Shown: positions 9,132-18,809, counted from the stretch's first letter. The stretch: 64,000 nt of DNA from Candidatus Omnitrophota bacterium (GCA_016782495.1 JADHYL010000001.1:34360-98359); one strand, 5' to 3'. Program-made: numbers and translations. The notes: generated by a model not told the origin, from the letters alone.

Positions 9132-9170
9132 GAGGTCGCTGTAGAATTTTAGGAGTTTTTCAGCGACCTC
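9132..9170 (-). terminator. Hairpin that begins 11 nt after the pilX-like stop. GAGGTCGCTG/CAGCGACCTC, a perfect 10-bp stem with a 19-nt loop.
   Basis: Seen directly. The tail on the transcribed strand (TGATTACGCAGATTTTAG) is only moderately U-rich. Confidence 0.4.
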
Positions 9171-9181
9171 TCCCTATTTGG

Positions 9182-10354
9182 TCATCTATTCCAGCTTACC
9201 ACCCTGAACGGCTCTTCTTCGCCACCCGGGCCAAGCAATCCGTCGGGACTTAAAAGTTTGTGGTTATAAGTTATATGGCTTAGTAAATCCCAGATTCTTA
9301 TGTTTCTCGCGGCCAAAAGAGAACCCGTAACGGTAACGCGCGAAAAAGCCGCGACAACACGGAAATCCCGCACCGCATAAACAACGGCCTCCTCGACTTC
9401 CAGCCGGTAATATATATATATATCACCCTGAGTGCTTCCGTCATCACTTCCTTTTGCGATAACAACATTTTTATTACCTGTTTTTATCTGGTTTAACCGG
9501 CCGCGGATAAGGATCTTATCCGCGACAATACCTCCGTTCAAGTTTACAGTCCCCTGTAAAGTAGCGGTGCCGTTAACATACACTATGCCGTTTCCGGGGG
9601 TGAGGTTGGTCGTAGTGCCAACTGAACCGAAGGTGGTATCCCCGTTATAATAATCGCCGCTGGCTATTGCTTGGGTTTGATAGTAGGCGTAGTTGAATTG
9701 GGGAAATAATACCGGCGCAACGTCAACCCCAACGTCAGAGCCCTGGGTTACGCTTCCCGCAATCTGTATACTGCCCCCCCATCCTGTTGATTGAAATACC
9801 CTGTTAACGGCTGAGACGCTCCCATCGCAACACCCGTAGCCACAGGGGTCTACGTCAATAAGCGCGATTGCCTGGGCCCTTAGTCTTACATCGTTATTCG
9901 CGTGAAGATCGCCATTAACATCCGCAAGACCCAGGAAAAATGCCCTGAGCCTTAAATCAGTGCCGGCTGCCATCATATAAAAAAGTGCCGTGGCAGTATT
10001 GTCTTTCACTTCCACCGCCACTGTCCGCGAAATGCCATCGAAAGCGCCAACCGACGTCAGAAGCACCCTGCCACCGGATTCGGTCACCGTAACGTTATAA
10101 CCGCCCCCGCCAAAGGTATTATCCACTAAAGGAAAATATGTGTCTTTGGCCATAAAACCGTTTTGCACTAATGTTGCCAGGCCGTCGTTTATACCCGCTT
10201 CGGCAATATACTGTGCCGTCGTGGATTTTTTCAGGTGCCGGACCATGTGGACATCCTGCAGTAACATATTTGAGGCACTTACACCTATCAAAACCATAAG
10301 CATGGAAATAACTATAACGGTTATAAATATTGCGCCTTTGGTATTCTTAATCAT
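9182..10354 (-). CDS. PilX-like type IV pilus assembly protein / minor pilin-like protein, 390 aa.
   Basis: N-terminus MIKNTKGAIFITVIVISMLMVLIGVSASNMLLQDV resembles the PilX N-terminal domain, with a hydrophobic segment and no classic G-FTLIE cleavage box. It is the last gene of the pil operon and has a Gly/Thr/Val-rich beta-type C-terminal region. Confidence 0.55.
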   Translation of the reverse strand: MIKNTKGAIFITVIVISMLMVLIGVSASNMLLQDVHMVRHLKKSTTAQYIAEAGINDGLATLVQNGFMAKDTYFPLVDNTFGGGGYNVTVTESGGRVLLTSVGAFDGISRTVAVEVKDNTATALFYMMAAGTDLRLRAFFLGLADVNGDLHANNDVRLRAQAIALIDVDPCGYGCCDGSVSAVNRVFQSTGWGGSIQIAGSVTQGSDVGVDVAPVLFPQFNYAYYQTQAIASGDYYNGDTTFGSVGTTTNLTPGNGIVYVNGTATLQGTVNLNGGIVADKILIRGRLNQIKTGNKNVVIAKGSDDGSTQGDIYIYYRLEVEEAVVYAVRDFRVVAAFSRVTVTGSLLAARNIRIWDLLSHITYNHKLLSPDGLLGPGGEEEPFRVVSWNR

Positions 10355-12498
10355 TTTCCGGTATTCCTCGGCTCGACCTCGGTTTTCATGCCGGTTTTGT
10401 AGTCTAAGCCTTGAAAATCTTCGTAAACGGTTACATCAAACTCGATACCCTTCATTAGATCATTTCCATCTACAAGAAGTTTTATAATTCCGTAGTCCGC
10501 ATCTTGCGCAAAATAACCGCTTATGTCACACATCTTTGTCTCGCCCGGCCAGGTGACTTTAATATTATCGACCCAGGGCGCGCTAACGCCCGGAATCAGA
10601 TACTTCCCGCATGCCGGTTGCGTGCAGTTTATGACACCGTTATTTTTATAGTTCTCGTCTGTGACGTTTACGCTCGGATGATCGATACATGTCCAATACG
10701 GCGTTGTGGAAAGCTCTGCTTTGGCCTGCGCATATCTTCCTGTACCGGCTACAGACCCGACAGTCCACGCTGCCACACCCATAAGCGGGTCATCGCTTGA
10801 ACGGCCGTAGACCGAAACAGATCCAAAGCTCGACCAATTCATGGAATCATAACCCGGATTCGCTATTTTCGTATCATAAATCTGTGTCGTAACACTACCG
10901 CTTTGCAACCAAACCTCAAGCGAGGCCTGCGCATAAATATTCGCGGATGAAGTGTACTTTTCGTCGGCGAACGGAGGCAAAACTTCATGTCCGAGATAAT
11001 CGAGCGGATCAGACCACCTAGCCTGTGCGGCATGATCGCCGCCCATCAAATATGAATTTGTGTCAGCGGGCTGGGTTCCGGCCCAGTAGCTTGTATATGA
11101 GGTTCCTGACATATAGAAGGTCACAAAGTAATTTTTTGAAGAATCAATCGGAAAAATCGCCCAATTCGAATATGCAGTGCCACCTGCGGCAATCGTTATT
11201 CCCGGCGAAATCCCGCCTAGGGCATCAGTAAAATAAAGTTGTATCCGCGTTGTACCTGGTGTTGTGATTACCGGAGGATTCACGCAATCTTCGTTGCCCG
11301 CTCTTTCATCAAAATATGCGGCATTAATTGTCAAGGTTTGAGCTGAATGCGACTCAAACTTGATCCTCAGTAAATCTCCGCCTGAATCGATATTATCGGA
11401 GAAAATAAGATTTCTTACGGTTACTCCGGAGAGCGCAGTAGCAAAATCCGCTTTTACGGCATCGCCGTTTACGCTACCGGCTTCAACCTCTGCCGTCCAC
11501 ACGATCTCATTTCCCTCCTCGGGATCCGGCAATTTCACAGATAAATCATCGCCTGCCAGAATCGTATTGTTTCTGACTGAGTTGTCGAAATTGGCTTCAA
11601 GCCAGGTGTCATAATATAGCCTAAAGTTAACATAGTCACCGATTGCGTCAGAGTTGTATTCCCGGAAATTATTTCCGCTCCAAAGTAAATCGGGACCAAC
11701 TTTTGCGCTGCCGTCACCGCTTGAGGCTTGCGGCGCGTAAACTTCCATTTCCTGCTGGCAGCCGCTCGGCGCAATCGAAAGCGTGTCTATACCTAATTCA
11801 TATCCCGACGAATCGGCATTTTGTCCGGTTACCTCGAACGTGAAATCATGATTTCCCGATGTAAGCCTGATGCTACCGAACGTCACGTTGTCGCTTCTTT
11901 TGACAGGATCGCTGTACCCGTCAAATTCCTGCGCCTTCGGATTTATAATAAAACTTGTGAGCTTCTCGACTATAACCTTAGGTGGAATAGTTGCGTTAGC
12001 TGCGTTGGGCCCTCCCGAACCGTCTCCGCTTGCGACGACGTTGGCAAGCTGCGTCTCTCTTTGGGCATCATCGACTAATACGTCGTGGTTGGCAGTAAAC
12101 TCTGTTCTTCGAAGCTCCCTGTATCCTGTCGACGGGTTATCGTAAACGTGGTATATGACGCTCTTGTCCCAGTTGATGAGTCCATCTGCGTCTAAATCAA
12201 AAAAGCCGTTTGCGTCAGGGGGTGCCATCGGAAAACTTATGGCGGTGTATTCGGTTTCACCTGCGGGCTTGTAAAGACTTAGGTATGTAGTGCTTGAAAG
12301 CCTGAGTTCTCCCTTGATCCGTTCCATGGCGACTTGAAGGTCAACTCTGTTCTTTGTTCTTATTCTGTCAAGCGCCCAGTTTTTATAGGCGAAATACCAC
12401 GCGCTTAAGACAATGCCGATCAAGATGGCGCCCAGAAGAACCGACACCATAAGCTCGATCAGCGTCATGCCTTTCTTATGATATTTTTTTCGTTTCAT
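10351..12498 (-). CDS. Giant 715-aa protein with a class III (prepilin) signal peptide. PilW-like minor pilin or putative pilus-tip adhesin.
   Basis: KKG|MTLIELMVSVLLGAILIGIV is a canonical prepilin peptidase cleavage/methylation motif, with Glu at +5. It is followed by about 680 aa of Asn/Gly/Thr/Trp/Tyr-rich sequence with several Cys pairs. Confidence 0.7.
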   Translation of the reverse strand: MKRKKYHKKGMTLIELMVSVLLGAILIGIVLSAWYFAYKNWALDRIRTKNRVDLQVAMERIKGELRLSSTTYLSLYKPAGETEYTAISFPMAPPDANGFFDLDADGLINWDKSVIYHVYDNPSTGYRELRRTEFTANHDVLVDDAQRETQLANVVASGDGSGGPNAANATIPPKVIVEKLTSFIINPKAQEFDGYSDPVKRSDNVTFGSIRLTSGNHDFTFEVTGQNADSSGYELGIDTLSIAPSGCQQEMEVYAPQASSGDGSAKVGPDLLWSGNNFREYNSDAIGDYVNFRLYYDTWLEANFDNSVRNNTILAGDDLSVKLPDPEEGNEIVWTAEVEAGSVNGDAVKADFATALSGVTVRNLIFSDNIDSGGDLLRIKFESHSAQTLTINAAYFDERAGNEDCVNPPVITTPGTTRIQLYFTDALGGISPGITIAAGGTAYSNWAIFPIDSSKNYFVTFYMSGTSYTSYWAGTQPADTNSYLMGGDHAAQARWSDPLDYLGHEVLPPFADEKYTSSANIYAQASLEVWLQSGSVTTQIYDTKIANPGYDSMNWSSFGSVSVYGRSSDDPLMGVAAWTVGSVAGTGRYAQAKAELSTTPYWTCIDHPSVNVTDENYKNNGVINCTQPACGKYLIPGVSAPWVDNIKVTWPGETKMCDISGYFAQDADYGIIKLLVDGNDLMKGIEFDVTVYEDFQGLDYKTGMKTEVEPRNTGK

Positions 12499-12502
12499 AG
12501 TA

Positions 12503-12931
12503 TTATTGGATGGTCGAAAAAATTGTAGTAAGAGTTACGGAAGCATTGTCTTTCCAGTTACCCCTGTATTTGTAGATGACTACGACTTCAAATTGCGTGC
12601 GGTTTGTATCGAGCGGGGTTACCGTTGTCGAACGGTTAAACTCGCCGTTGGGGTTTTGGCCGCCGGTCTCGTCTATTATTGTATCGGTTTCGCGTAAATC
12701 GGTTAAATAATCAAACCCGCTTGATTCTATAACGGTTCTTGCTCTTTCCATTCTTGCCGTGGCAAGATTCGTCGCTGTATATTCATGGTCGATTCTTTTT
12801 GACATATCAAGCGTTTGAACAAATATAAAAAGGATGCCCGTTATGACCATGGCAAGAATTACGGCCGAAAAGAGTACTTCAACCAGGGTAATACCGTTTT
12901 CTTTTTTAAGGGGGTTACTCAAAATACACAT
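12503..12931 (-). CDS. PilV-like minor pilin, 142 aa.
   Basis: ENG|ITLVEVLFSAVILAMVITGILF prepilin motif. Followed by LATARMERARTVIESSGFDYLTDL, which resembles PilV. Confidence 0.65.
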   Translation of the reverse strand: MCILSNPLKKENGITLVEVLFSAVILAMVITGILFIFVQTLDMSKRIDHEYTATNLATARMERARTVIESSGFDYLTDLRETDTIIDETGGQNPNGEFNRSTTVTPLDTNRTQFEVVVIYKYRGNWKDNASVTLTTIFSTIQ

Positions 12932-14393
12932 CCTCTACGTGAAGCGTCGAGTTGGTCTTTATCGTTATCTTCTTTCTGAATTTGCGTTCCAGGAAATGGA
13001 ACATGTCCCTAAAAGAGGCCGTGAGATAATCCGCTACATCCGGATGCGCCGTTAGGATAATTTCTCGCGGTCTCCTTTCTCTCGCAAGACGCTGGAGCTT
13101 GCGAACGGCTGCGATTGCGATTGTAGCAGGTGTTTTTACACGCCCCATGCCGTTGCAATAGGGGCATTCCCTGAACGATACGCTCTCGAGGCTCTTTCTC
13201 ACTCTTTGGCGCGTCATTTCGACGAGGCCAATCGGTGAGATAGTTACAATATTTATTTTTGCCTTATCCCGTTTAAATGCAGCCTCGAGTGTTGTGTATA
13301 CCTGTTTTCGATGCGTTCTTTCGTTCATATCTATAAAATCTATTACTATAATCCCGCCTATGTCTCTTAACATTACCTGCCTGGCAATCTCGGGGGCTGC
13401 CTCCATGTTTGTTTTGAAAGCCGTTTCTTCAGGCTTTGTCTTGCCTTTATACTTTCCCGTGTTTACGTCTATGGCCACGAGGCCTTCTGTCTGTTCGATA
13501 ATGATGGATGCCCCGCTTTTTAAAAACACCTTCCTGTGAAATATCCCTTCTATGCGGTCTTCGATGCCGTATCTTTCATAGAGGGGAGTTTTTCCCTTAT
13601 AATAAAAAATCTTTCTGTTCAACGCAAGGTGTATGGTGCTTGCAAATCGGGAAATTTTCCTGTATTCATCTTTTGAATCAACCAGGATTTTTTCCACATT
13701 CTCGTCGAGATAGTCCCTTATGATACGTAGCGGCAGGTCGTATTCCTCATAAATCAAAGTCGGGGCTTTTTGTTGCTCGGCGCGGCGCTGGATGCGTACC
13801 CACAAATTCGCAAGATACCGGAACTCGAGCCTGAGTTGTCTTGGTTTTACCCCGACGCTTTGAGTCCTTGCGATACAACCGATGCCTTTTGGTAAATCAA
13901 TTTTCCGAAGGGTTTCCTTAAGCCTCGATCGGTCCTCGCGGCCTGCTATGCGCTTTGAGATTCCGACCGTTTCGTTAAAGGGCATGAGCACCAAGTATTT
14001 TCCCGGCAGGCTAATATCGGTTGTGAGCAAGGGTCCTTTTGTTCCGATCGGTTCCTTTACGATCTGGACGAGGAGTTCCTGGCCCTTTTTCAGGCGTTCG
14101 AGCGGGCTTTTTTTTTGTTCGGCCCTCTTTTCGATAACTATCTCTTCATCGAGCAGCGTCTGAACGGTTTTACCTTCTCTTTCGTAAATATACAAAAAAC
14201 CGTTTTTTCCTGTCCCGATATTAACAAAGAGCGCGCCTATTCCGGGAACAACGGATTCTATCACACCCTTATAGATGTTACCGGCCAGGCGTGGTTGACC
14301 GGCTCTCTCGATATGAAATTCTTCGAGCTCGCCCCTCTGGGTAATTGCAACCCTCTTCTCATAGGGTTCGACGTTTATCAGAATTTGCTTCAT
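12915..14393 (-). CDS. rng: Ribonuclease G, RNase E/G family. The likely start is MKQILINVEPYEKR at 14393; the track ORF extends to 14540.
   Basis: S1 domain (GNIYKGVIESVVPGIGALFVNIG), the RNase E/G catalytic core, and a zinc-link CPxCxGxG (CPYCNGMGRV). Confidence 0.85.
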   Translation of the reverse strand: MKQILINVEPYEKRVAITQRGELEEFHIERAGQPRLAGNIYKGVIESVVPGIGALFVNIGTGKNGFLYIYEREGKTVQTLLDEEIVIEKRAEQKKSPLERLKKGQELLVQIVKEPIGTKGPLLTTDISLPGKYLVLMPFNETVGISKRIAGREDRSRLKETLRKIDLPKGIGCIARTQSVGVKPRQLRLEFRYLANLWVRIQRRAEQQKAPTLIYEEYDLPLRIIRDYLDENVEKILVDSKDEYRKISRFASTIHLALNRKIFYYKGKTPLYERYGIEDRIEGIFHRKVFLKSGASIIIEQTEGLVAIDVNTGKYKGKTKPEETAFKTNMEAAPEIARQVMLRDIGGIIVIDFIDMNERTHRKQVYTTLEAAFKRDKAKINIVTISPIGLVEMTRQRVRKSLESVSFRECPYCNGMGRVKTPATIAIAAVRKLQRLARERRPREIILTAHPDVADYLTASFRDMFHFLERKFRKKITIKTNSTLHVEDVYFE

Positions 14394-14406
14394 CTCAATA
14401 ATATCC

Positions 14407-16059
14407 TTACTGTTTTTTCTTCTTTCGAAAATCAAATAACGGCTTAGGTTTCGCCTTCGGGGTCTTCGCCCTGGTATCACCGGGGAGCTCCACAAATACC
14501 TCTTTTTCGTAAACAACCGCCCCTTCAGACTTCTCGCCAATAATTTCTCCGGGCAACTTTACTTCTGATACGTTACGCGTTGCAAGGCGATTTATTTCCC
14601 GCAGGTCTTTTACAATGTGGACTGTTATGAAGAAAATAAGTTCGGTCTTTTCATTGTCAACCCCCTCATGCTTTACAAGCCCTCCTATAAATGGTATATC
14701 ACCGAAAAGATCTCCAAGAAGCGGCACCTTTTTCACTATATTGATAGTATTGTCGTTTATAAGGCCGCCTATAAAAATTGTATCGCCGTCCTTTACCATG
14801 ACCTGCGTATCCGCTACCCTTGTCGACCAGAGAGGGGCGCTGAGCTCCTCGCTTATTTTCTCCACTCCTAAATAGTTGCTGATTTCCGGCTTGAGTTCCA
14901 CTACAATCTCCCTATTTTTGTTAACGTGCGGCGTTACAAGGAGCCTGATACCGAGCTCTTTGGCTTCATACCCGCTTATTACCCATCTGCCGGTCTCTTC
15001 GGTCTGGTCAAAAGTCGGGAAATTGTAGACTCTTCCGACAAGGATTTTTGCCTCTTGATTATTCAATGTTGTAATTCTCGGGTTCGATATAATTTCGGTT
15101 CTGCGCCTCTGTTTCAAAAGTTCAAGCACTGCCTGAAATTGCGAAAAATCGAGAGCGCCATAAGTAAACTGATCGGTGCCGACAAAAGGAAAGGCAACGG
15201 TCCCATCCATTGTCGATGCGAGTGGAAAGTCGGTTACGCCTGTTGTTGTTACATAATTGCCGGCGGCGTCTATTGTCCCGCCAGCGCTGCCAGTCTGCCC
15301 AAACGGATAAAATCGTTCCAGGGTGTGTGCAACTATATCGCGAGTCCCCCAATTTGCAAACGGTATCGTCGTTGGCCGTTTTGCGCCTATCGCCGCTATC
15401 CTCATCGTCCAGTCAATGCCCATTTTTTCATCTTTTTCCAAGAGTGTCTCGAATATTCGCGCCTCTATCATGACCTGGGGTGTTTTCCTGTCTAATCTCT
15501 CAACCACCCGTTTTATCCTGTAGGTATTGGTCGGGAGATCCGTTACGAGAAGTGAGTTGGTTCGCGTATCGTAAGTTATTTTACCGCGGTCGGTCAGCAT
15601 CTCCTTCACGGCATCGTGCGCTACTTCGGCGTTGGTGTAATTTAATTCTATGACCTCCGTGGATAGCTCGGCTTTCTTCAGGCTATCTATTGTGACAACC
15701 CTTATTATGTCGCCTTCGCGCTCGTACGCATAGCCATAATTCTTCACGATTATATCGAGTGCCACGTCCCATGGTTTATCCGTCAGCTTCAACGTTACCG
15801 TACCTGTCACGTCAGGGGCCGTGACTATGTCGACCCCGCTCACTTCTGAGAGGTAATTAAGAACCGCACTTATGTCAGCGTCTTTGAAATTTACCGTAAC
15901 ATGCCCAGGCTTGACATATACAACATCCTCCATATTTTTGGGTGCTTTGTCGCTTGCCAAATCTACCGATGGCGTGATTTCCTGTGAATAGACGCACTTA
16001 GTAAAAGTGAATAATGCAAGGAAAGCCAGGATCAGGCATAATTTTTTTCTGCTCATCAC
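14407..16059 (-). CDS. pilQ: Type IV pilus secretin, 550 aa.
   Basis: Signal peptide, then secretin N-domains (VTVNFKDADISAVLNYLSEVSGVDIV), then the C-terminal secretin domain (VMVKDGDTIFIGGLI...VPLLGDLFGDIPFIGGLV). Lies immediately downstream of pilMNOP. Confidence 0.85.
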   Translation of the reverse strand: MMSRKKLCLILAFLALFTFTKCVYSQEITPSVDLASDKAPKNMEDVVYVKPGHVTVNFKDADISAVLNYLSEVSGVDIVTAPDVTGTVTLKLTDKPWDVALDIIVKNYGYAYEREGDIIRVVTIDSLKKAELSTEVIELNYTNAEVAHDAVKEMLTDRGKITYDTRTNSLLVTDLPTNTYRIKRVVERLDRKTPQVMIEARIFETLLEKDEKMGIDWTMRIAAIGAKRPTTIPFANWGTRDIVAHTLERFYPFGQTGSAGGTIDAAGNYVTTTGVTDFPLASTMDGTVAFPFVGTDQFTYGALDFSQFQAVLELLKQRRRTEIISNPRITTLNNQEAKILVGRVYNFPTFDQTEETGRWVISGYEAKELGIRLLVTPHVNKNREIVVELKPEISNYLGVEKISEELSAPLWSTRVADTQVMVKDGDTIFIGGLINDNTINIVKKVPLLGDLFGDIPFIGGLVKHEGVDNEKTELIFFITVHIVKDLREINRLATRNVSEVKLPGEIIGEKSEGAVVYEKEVFVELPGDTRAKTPKAKPKPLFDFRKKKKQ

Positions 16060-16071
16060 ATCCCCCTTATG

Positions 16072-16425
16072 CTAGTATTTCTCCTCATAAATATTAAGCT
16101 TGTATTCATCCTCATCTATTAATAATAAAACGGTATTTTTTGAAATATTTTTAACGGTAACGCGGCCTATAGTCTGAGCTTCTCTTATCATTTCTCCGTT
16201 AATTATGGCGACCCTGCTACCGGCGGAGTCGTTTGCTATACCCTGTAAATCCACATCCTCTATGCTCATGACGTCTTCAAGGGACCCTGAGGCTCTCGCA
16301 TGAGTTCCTACAAGCGGTACAAACGGATCGCGTTTGCTGTGACTGTCGTATGGGCTAGCCTCACTTAGGTATGTCGTAAGAGTAAATGCAAATAAAAGTA
16401 AAAACATTACTACAAACTTTCGCAT
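16072..16425 (-). CDS. pilP: PilP-like pilus assembly lipoprotein. Start taken at MRKFVVMFLL (16425).
   Basis: Signal peptide, the conserved KRDPFVPL motif, and its position between pilO and pilQ. Confidence 0.65.
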   Translation of the reverse strand: MRKFVVMFLLLFAFTLTTYLSEASPYDSHSKRDPFVPLVGTHARASGSLEDVMSIEDVDLQGIANDSAGSRVAIINGEMIREAQTIGRVTVKNISKNTVLLLIDEDEYKLNIYEEKY

Positions 16426-16429
16426 AGTG

Positions 16430-17038
16430 TTACTCGCCGCTTTTAAATGTATATGCGTACACCACAAAATTTATATCGTGCTTTCTGGGATTGGCGGTAT
16501 TTGACTTTATTTTTATGTCCGAAACCTGCAAGTATCGCTTGTCATTTTCCATCTTGCTTATGAACTCGCCCAATTCATGATACCCGCTCTGGGCGCTTAT
16601 CGCGATGGGCAGTTCCTCGTATACACTTTCTTTTTTGTCATTTGTTTCTCTTTTTCTTACTTCAAGCGGCGTTATGCTCAAAATTTTTACGCGCGAGCTT
16701 CTTGCCATTTTCGAAATATTTCCGAAAAGTATCGGCAGTTCCTTTTCGCGCGAAAGCTTTTCTTCATAGCCACCTAATTTATCCTGCAGGGTTTTCGATC
16801 TCTCTTTAAGCTTGGCTTCAAACCCCAAATCGTCGTAAACCGCTTTCATTTCCATTCTTAATACCCTTACCTCTGGTATAAGGCTGAAGAGCCTTGCAAT
16901 GCTGGGGCTTAGAAAGACAAAAATGTACACGGCAAACAAGACTAAAAGCCCCACGCCGTAAAAAAGGAGAATCTTTTTCTTCGATTCATCCAATTCAAGT
17001 TGCGGCATGTTTTTAAAAATGCTTGTTATTCCCGCCAT
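16430..17038 (-). CDS. pilO: PilO-like inner-membrane pilus alignment protein.
   Basis: 202 aa with a single N-terminal transmembrane helix and a coiled-coil. Position between pilN and pilP. Confidence 0.6.
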   Translation of the reverse strand: MAGITSIFKNMPQLELDESKKKILLFYGVGLLVLFAVYIFVFLSPSIARLFSLIPEVRVLRMEMKAVYDDLGFEAKLKERSKTLQDKLGGYEEKLSREKELPILFGNISKMARSSRVKILSITPLEVRKRETNDKKESVYEELPIAISAQSGYHELGEFISKMENDKRYLQVSDIKIKSNTANPRKHDINFVVYAYTFKSGE

Positions 17039-17713
17039 CTATCTACCCTTCTTTTCCGGATTGAACTTGCAGATTACAGCAAAACTCATAACTTCCTGGC
17101 CCTCTACGATCGCCTTTTTTATGGGGCCTTGCCCGATTTCCGCAAAGTGTTTTGCGAAGCCCTTATTATCTTTTAATGACTCTACGAAACGGGTTATGTA
17201 GTCTGTTGCGTCCCCGCCCTTACCCAGGGCATAGCCTGACAAGGTAAGGGTGCGTACTTTAACTGCCCTGGTTGTTGCTGTTTTTTTGGCCGTTGGTTTT
17301 CTGCCGGCCAAGCCTTTAGGGCCTTTTACTGTTTCTGTTACATTCCGCTCGCTGTAGAAAAATTCGCGCAGCCAGATATTGGCCGTTAGACTATCGCTTA
17401 TCTCGTTTAAAAGACCCGACCATCTGAGTCGTCGCACGATCAGCTCGTCTATGGCCTGCCCTTTTTTATCAATGTCGGCTATATTTTTCTTGATTTCGTC
17501 AAGTTCCGATTTTTTTGGCGCAAGGCTTTCCCACTCTTTTCCTAACCGGGTAAGCTGGCTCTTACTTACGTATATAAGCCCGCCCAAGATGAGCTGGATT
17601 GCCACCATGCCCGCGACCACCCAAATAACGATGGGGATGATCGGTATTTCCGGTAACTCGATCTTCCTTTTCTTTTTTTTCAGCTCCTCGGGGAGCAGGT
17701 TTAATTCTATCAT
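17039..17713 (-). CDS. pilN: PilN-like pilus assembly protein.
   Basis: MIELNLLPEE, the INLLP-type N-terminal motif, followed by a transmembrane helix. 224 aa. Confidence 0.7.
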   Translation of the reverse strand: MIELNLLPEELKKKKRKIELPEIPIIPIVIWVVAGMVAIQLILGGLIYVSKSQLTRLGKEWESLAPKKSELDEIKKNIADIDKKGQAIDELIVRRLRWSGLLNEISDSLTANIWLREFFYSERNVTETVKGPKGLAGRKPTAKKTATTRAVKVRTLTLSGYALGKGGDATDYITRFVESLKDNKGFAKHFAEIGQGPIKKAIVEGQEVMSFAVICKFNPEKKGR

Positions 17714-18733
17714 TTATTTCCTGATCGCCAATCCACAAGAAACGGCAAATTGGGATTGAATGGTTTGAAGGGACTTCGGATCCACATCCGGGCCGATCTC
17801 AATTCTTGAAAATGGATTCCACAATATCGGTTTCATTCCGAAACTTTCTTCAAAATAATTCAAAATGCCTTCCAGGCGCGTTACACCGCCGGAGACGTAA
17901 ATTTCATTAAGCCCCTTTCCGTACTGGTTTTCGTAATATCCGAAAGATAACCTGAGTTCGTTGGCTAGATCGCTTAAAACCGGTTTCGTCGCCTCGAAAA
18001 CCTGTAAGATCTTATCTTTGGGGTCAAATATCAGCGTGTCGGATTCTTTTTCATCTACCTGGAGTATCTTTGAAATGGCCTTACCCACATCCTTGCCTCC
18101 GATCAATATGTCCCTGGTAAAAAAGGGCTTATCCCCTCTTGATATGACAACATTGGTTTGCGTATAGCCGATGTTTAAGAGCGCGGTGCTTTTGGATTCG
18201 TCCAGGCTTTCAAAGGAATTGCAGAACGCATTAAAACAGGCAAAGCTATCGATATCGATGACGGGAACGAAAAACCCGATTTCTTTCAACATGTCGATTC
18301 TGGAATTGATATCCTGTTTTTTTGCGGCGGCCAAAAGAACCCTCATCTGGCTTTTTCCTCCGGTGGCACTTTCCAATATGAGCGCGTCAATGTTTACGTC
18401 GTTGATGTTGAAAGGTATGTACTTTTCCGCTTCGAAACGCAGGGAATTTTTGAGGTCTTCTGCTTTCATCTTTGGCATCTCGATGAACCTCACGATAGCC
18501 GAAGGGGCTGAAAGAGAAATATTAATGTCTTTTGTGGACGGGCGGAAACGTTCCAGAAGTGCCTTGAGCGTCTTGCCGGCCTTGGTTTGGGTTGGCGGGA
18601 ATTCGATCTCGGCGGAATCGAACTTCACAAGCTTCTCGCGGCTCGCCTCCGACGATATCTCTACTATCTTGATGCATCTCGTGCCGATATCAAGACCTAC
18701 GCGTGATATCTTTTTTGAAGGTCGGGGCTTCAT
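17714..18733 (-). CDS. pilM: PilM, an actin-like ATPase-fold pilus assembly protein.
   Basis: 339 aa. Phosphate-1 motif GLDIGTRCIKIVEI and an FtsA/PilM family layout. First gene of pilMNOPQ. Confidence 0.85.
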   Translation of the reverse strand: MKPRPSKKISRVGLDIGTRCIKIVEISSEASREKLVKFDSAEIEFPPTQTKAGKTLKALLERFRPSTKDINISLSAPSAIVRFIEMPKMKAEDLKNSLRFEAEKYIPFNINDVNIDALILESATGGKSQMRVLLAAAKKQDINSRIDMLKEIGFFVPVIDIDSFACFNAFCNSFESLDESKSTALLNIGYTQTNVVISRGDKPFFTRDILIGGKDVGKAISKILQVDEKESDTLIFDPKDKILQVFEATKPVLSDLANELRLSFGYYENQYGKGLNEIYVSGGVTRLEGILNYFEESFGMKPILWNPFSRIEIGPDVDPKSLQTIQSQFAVSCGLAIRK

Positions 18734-18768
18734 TATAATAGTATTATATAAAGTCTAATTTTATCATA

Positions 18769-18797
18769 AGAGTAGCATATGCGGGTAGGTTTGTCAA
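18769..18797 (-). promoter_or_regulatory. Possible promoter for the pilM operon. Minus strand reads TTGACA, a 17-nt spacer, then TACTCT.
   Basis: Perfect -35 element. The -10 is weak, and an A/T-rich TATATAAT lies near the start codon. Confidence 0.25.
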
Positions 18798-18809
18798 GGG
18801 CGCAAACTT

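Noticed and set aside
16430-16467. An apparent 38-nt overlap between pilO and the track's pilP ORF.
   Set aside because: Resolved by choosing the internal MRKFVVMF start at 16425, which begins a signal peptide. The overlap comes from the ORF caller's upstream start.
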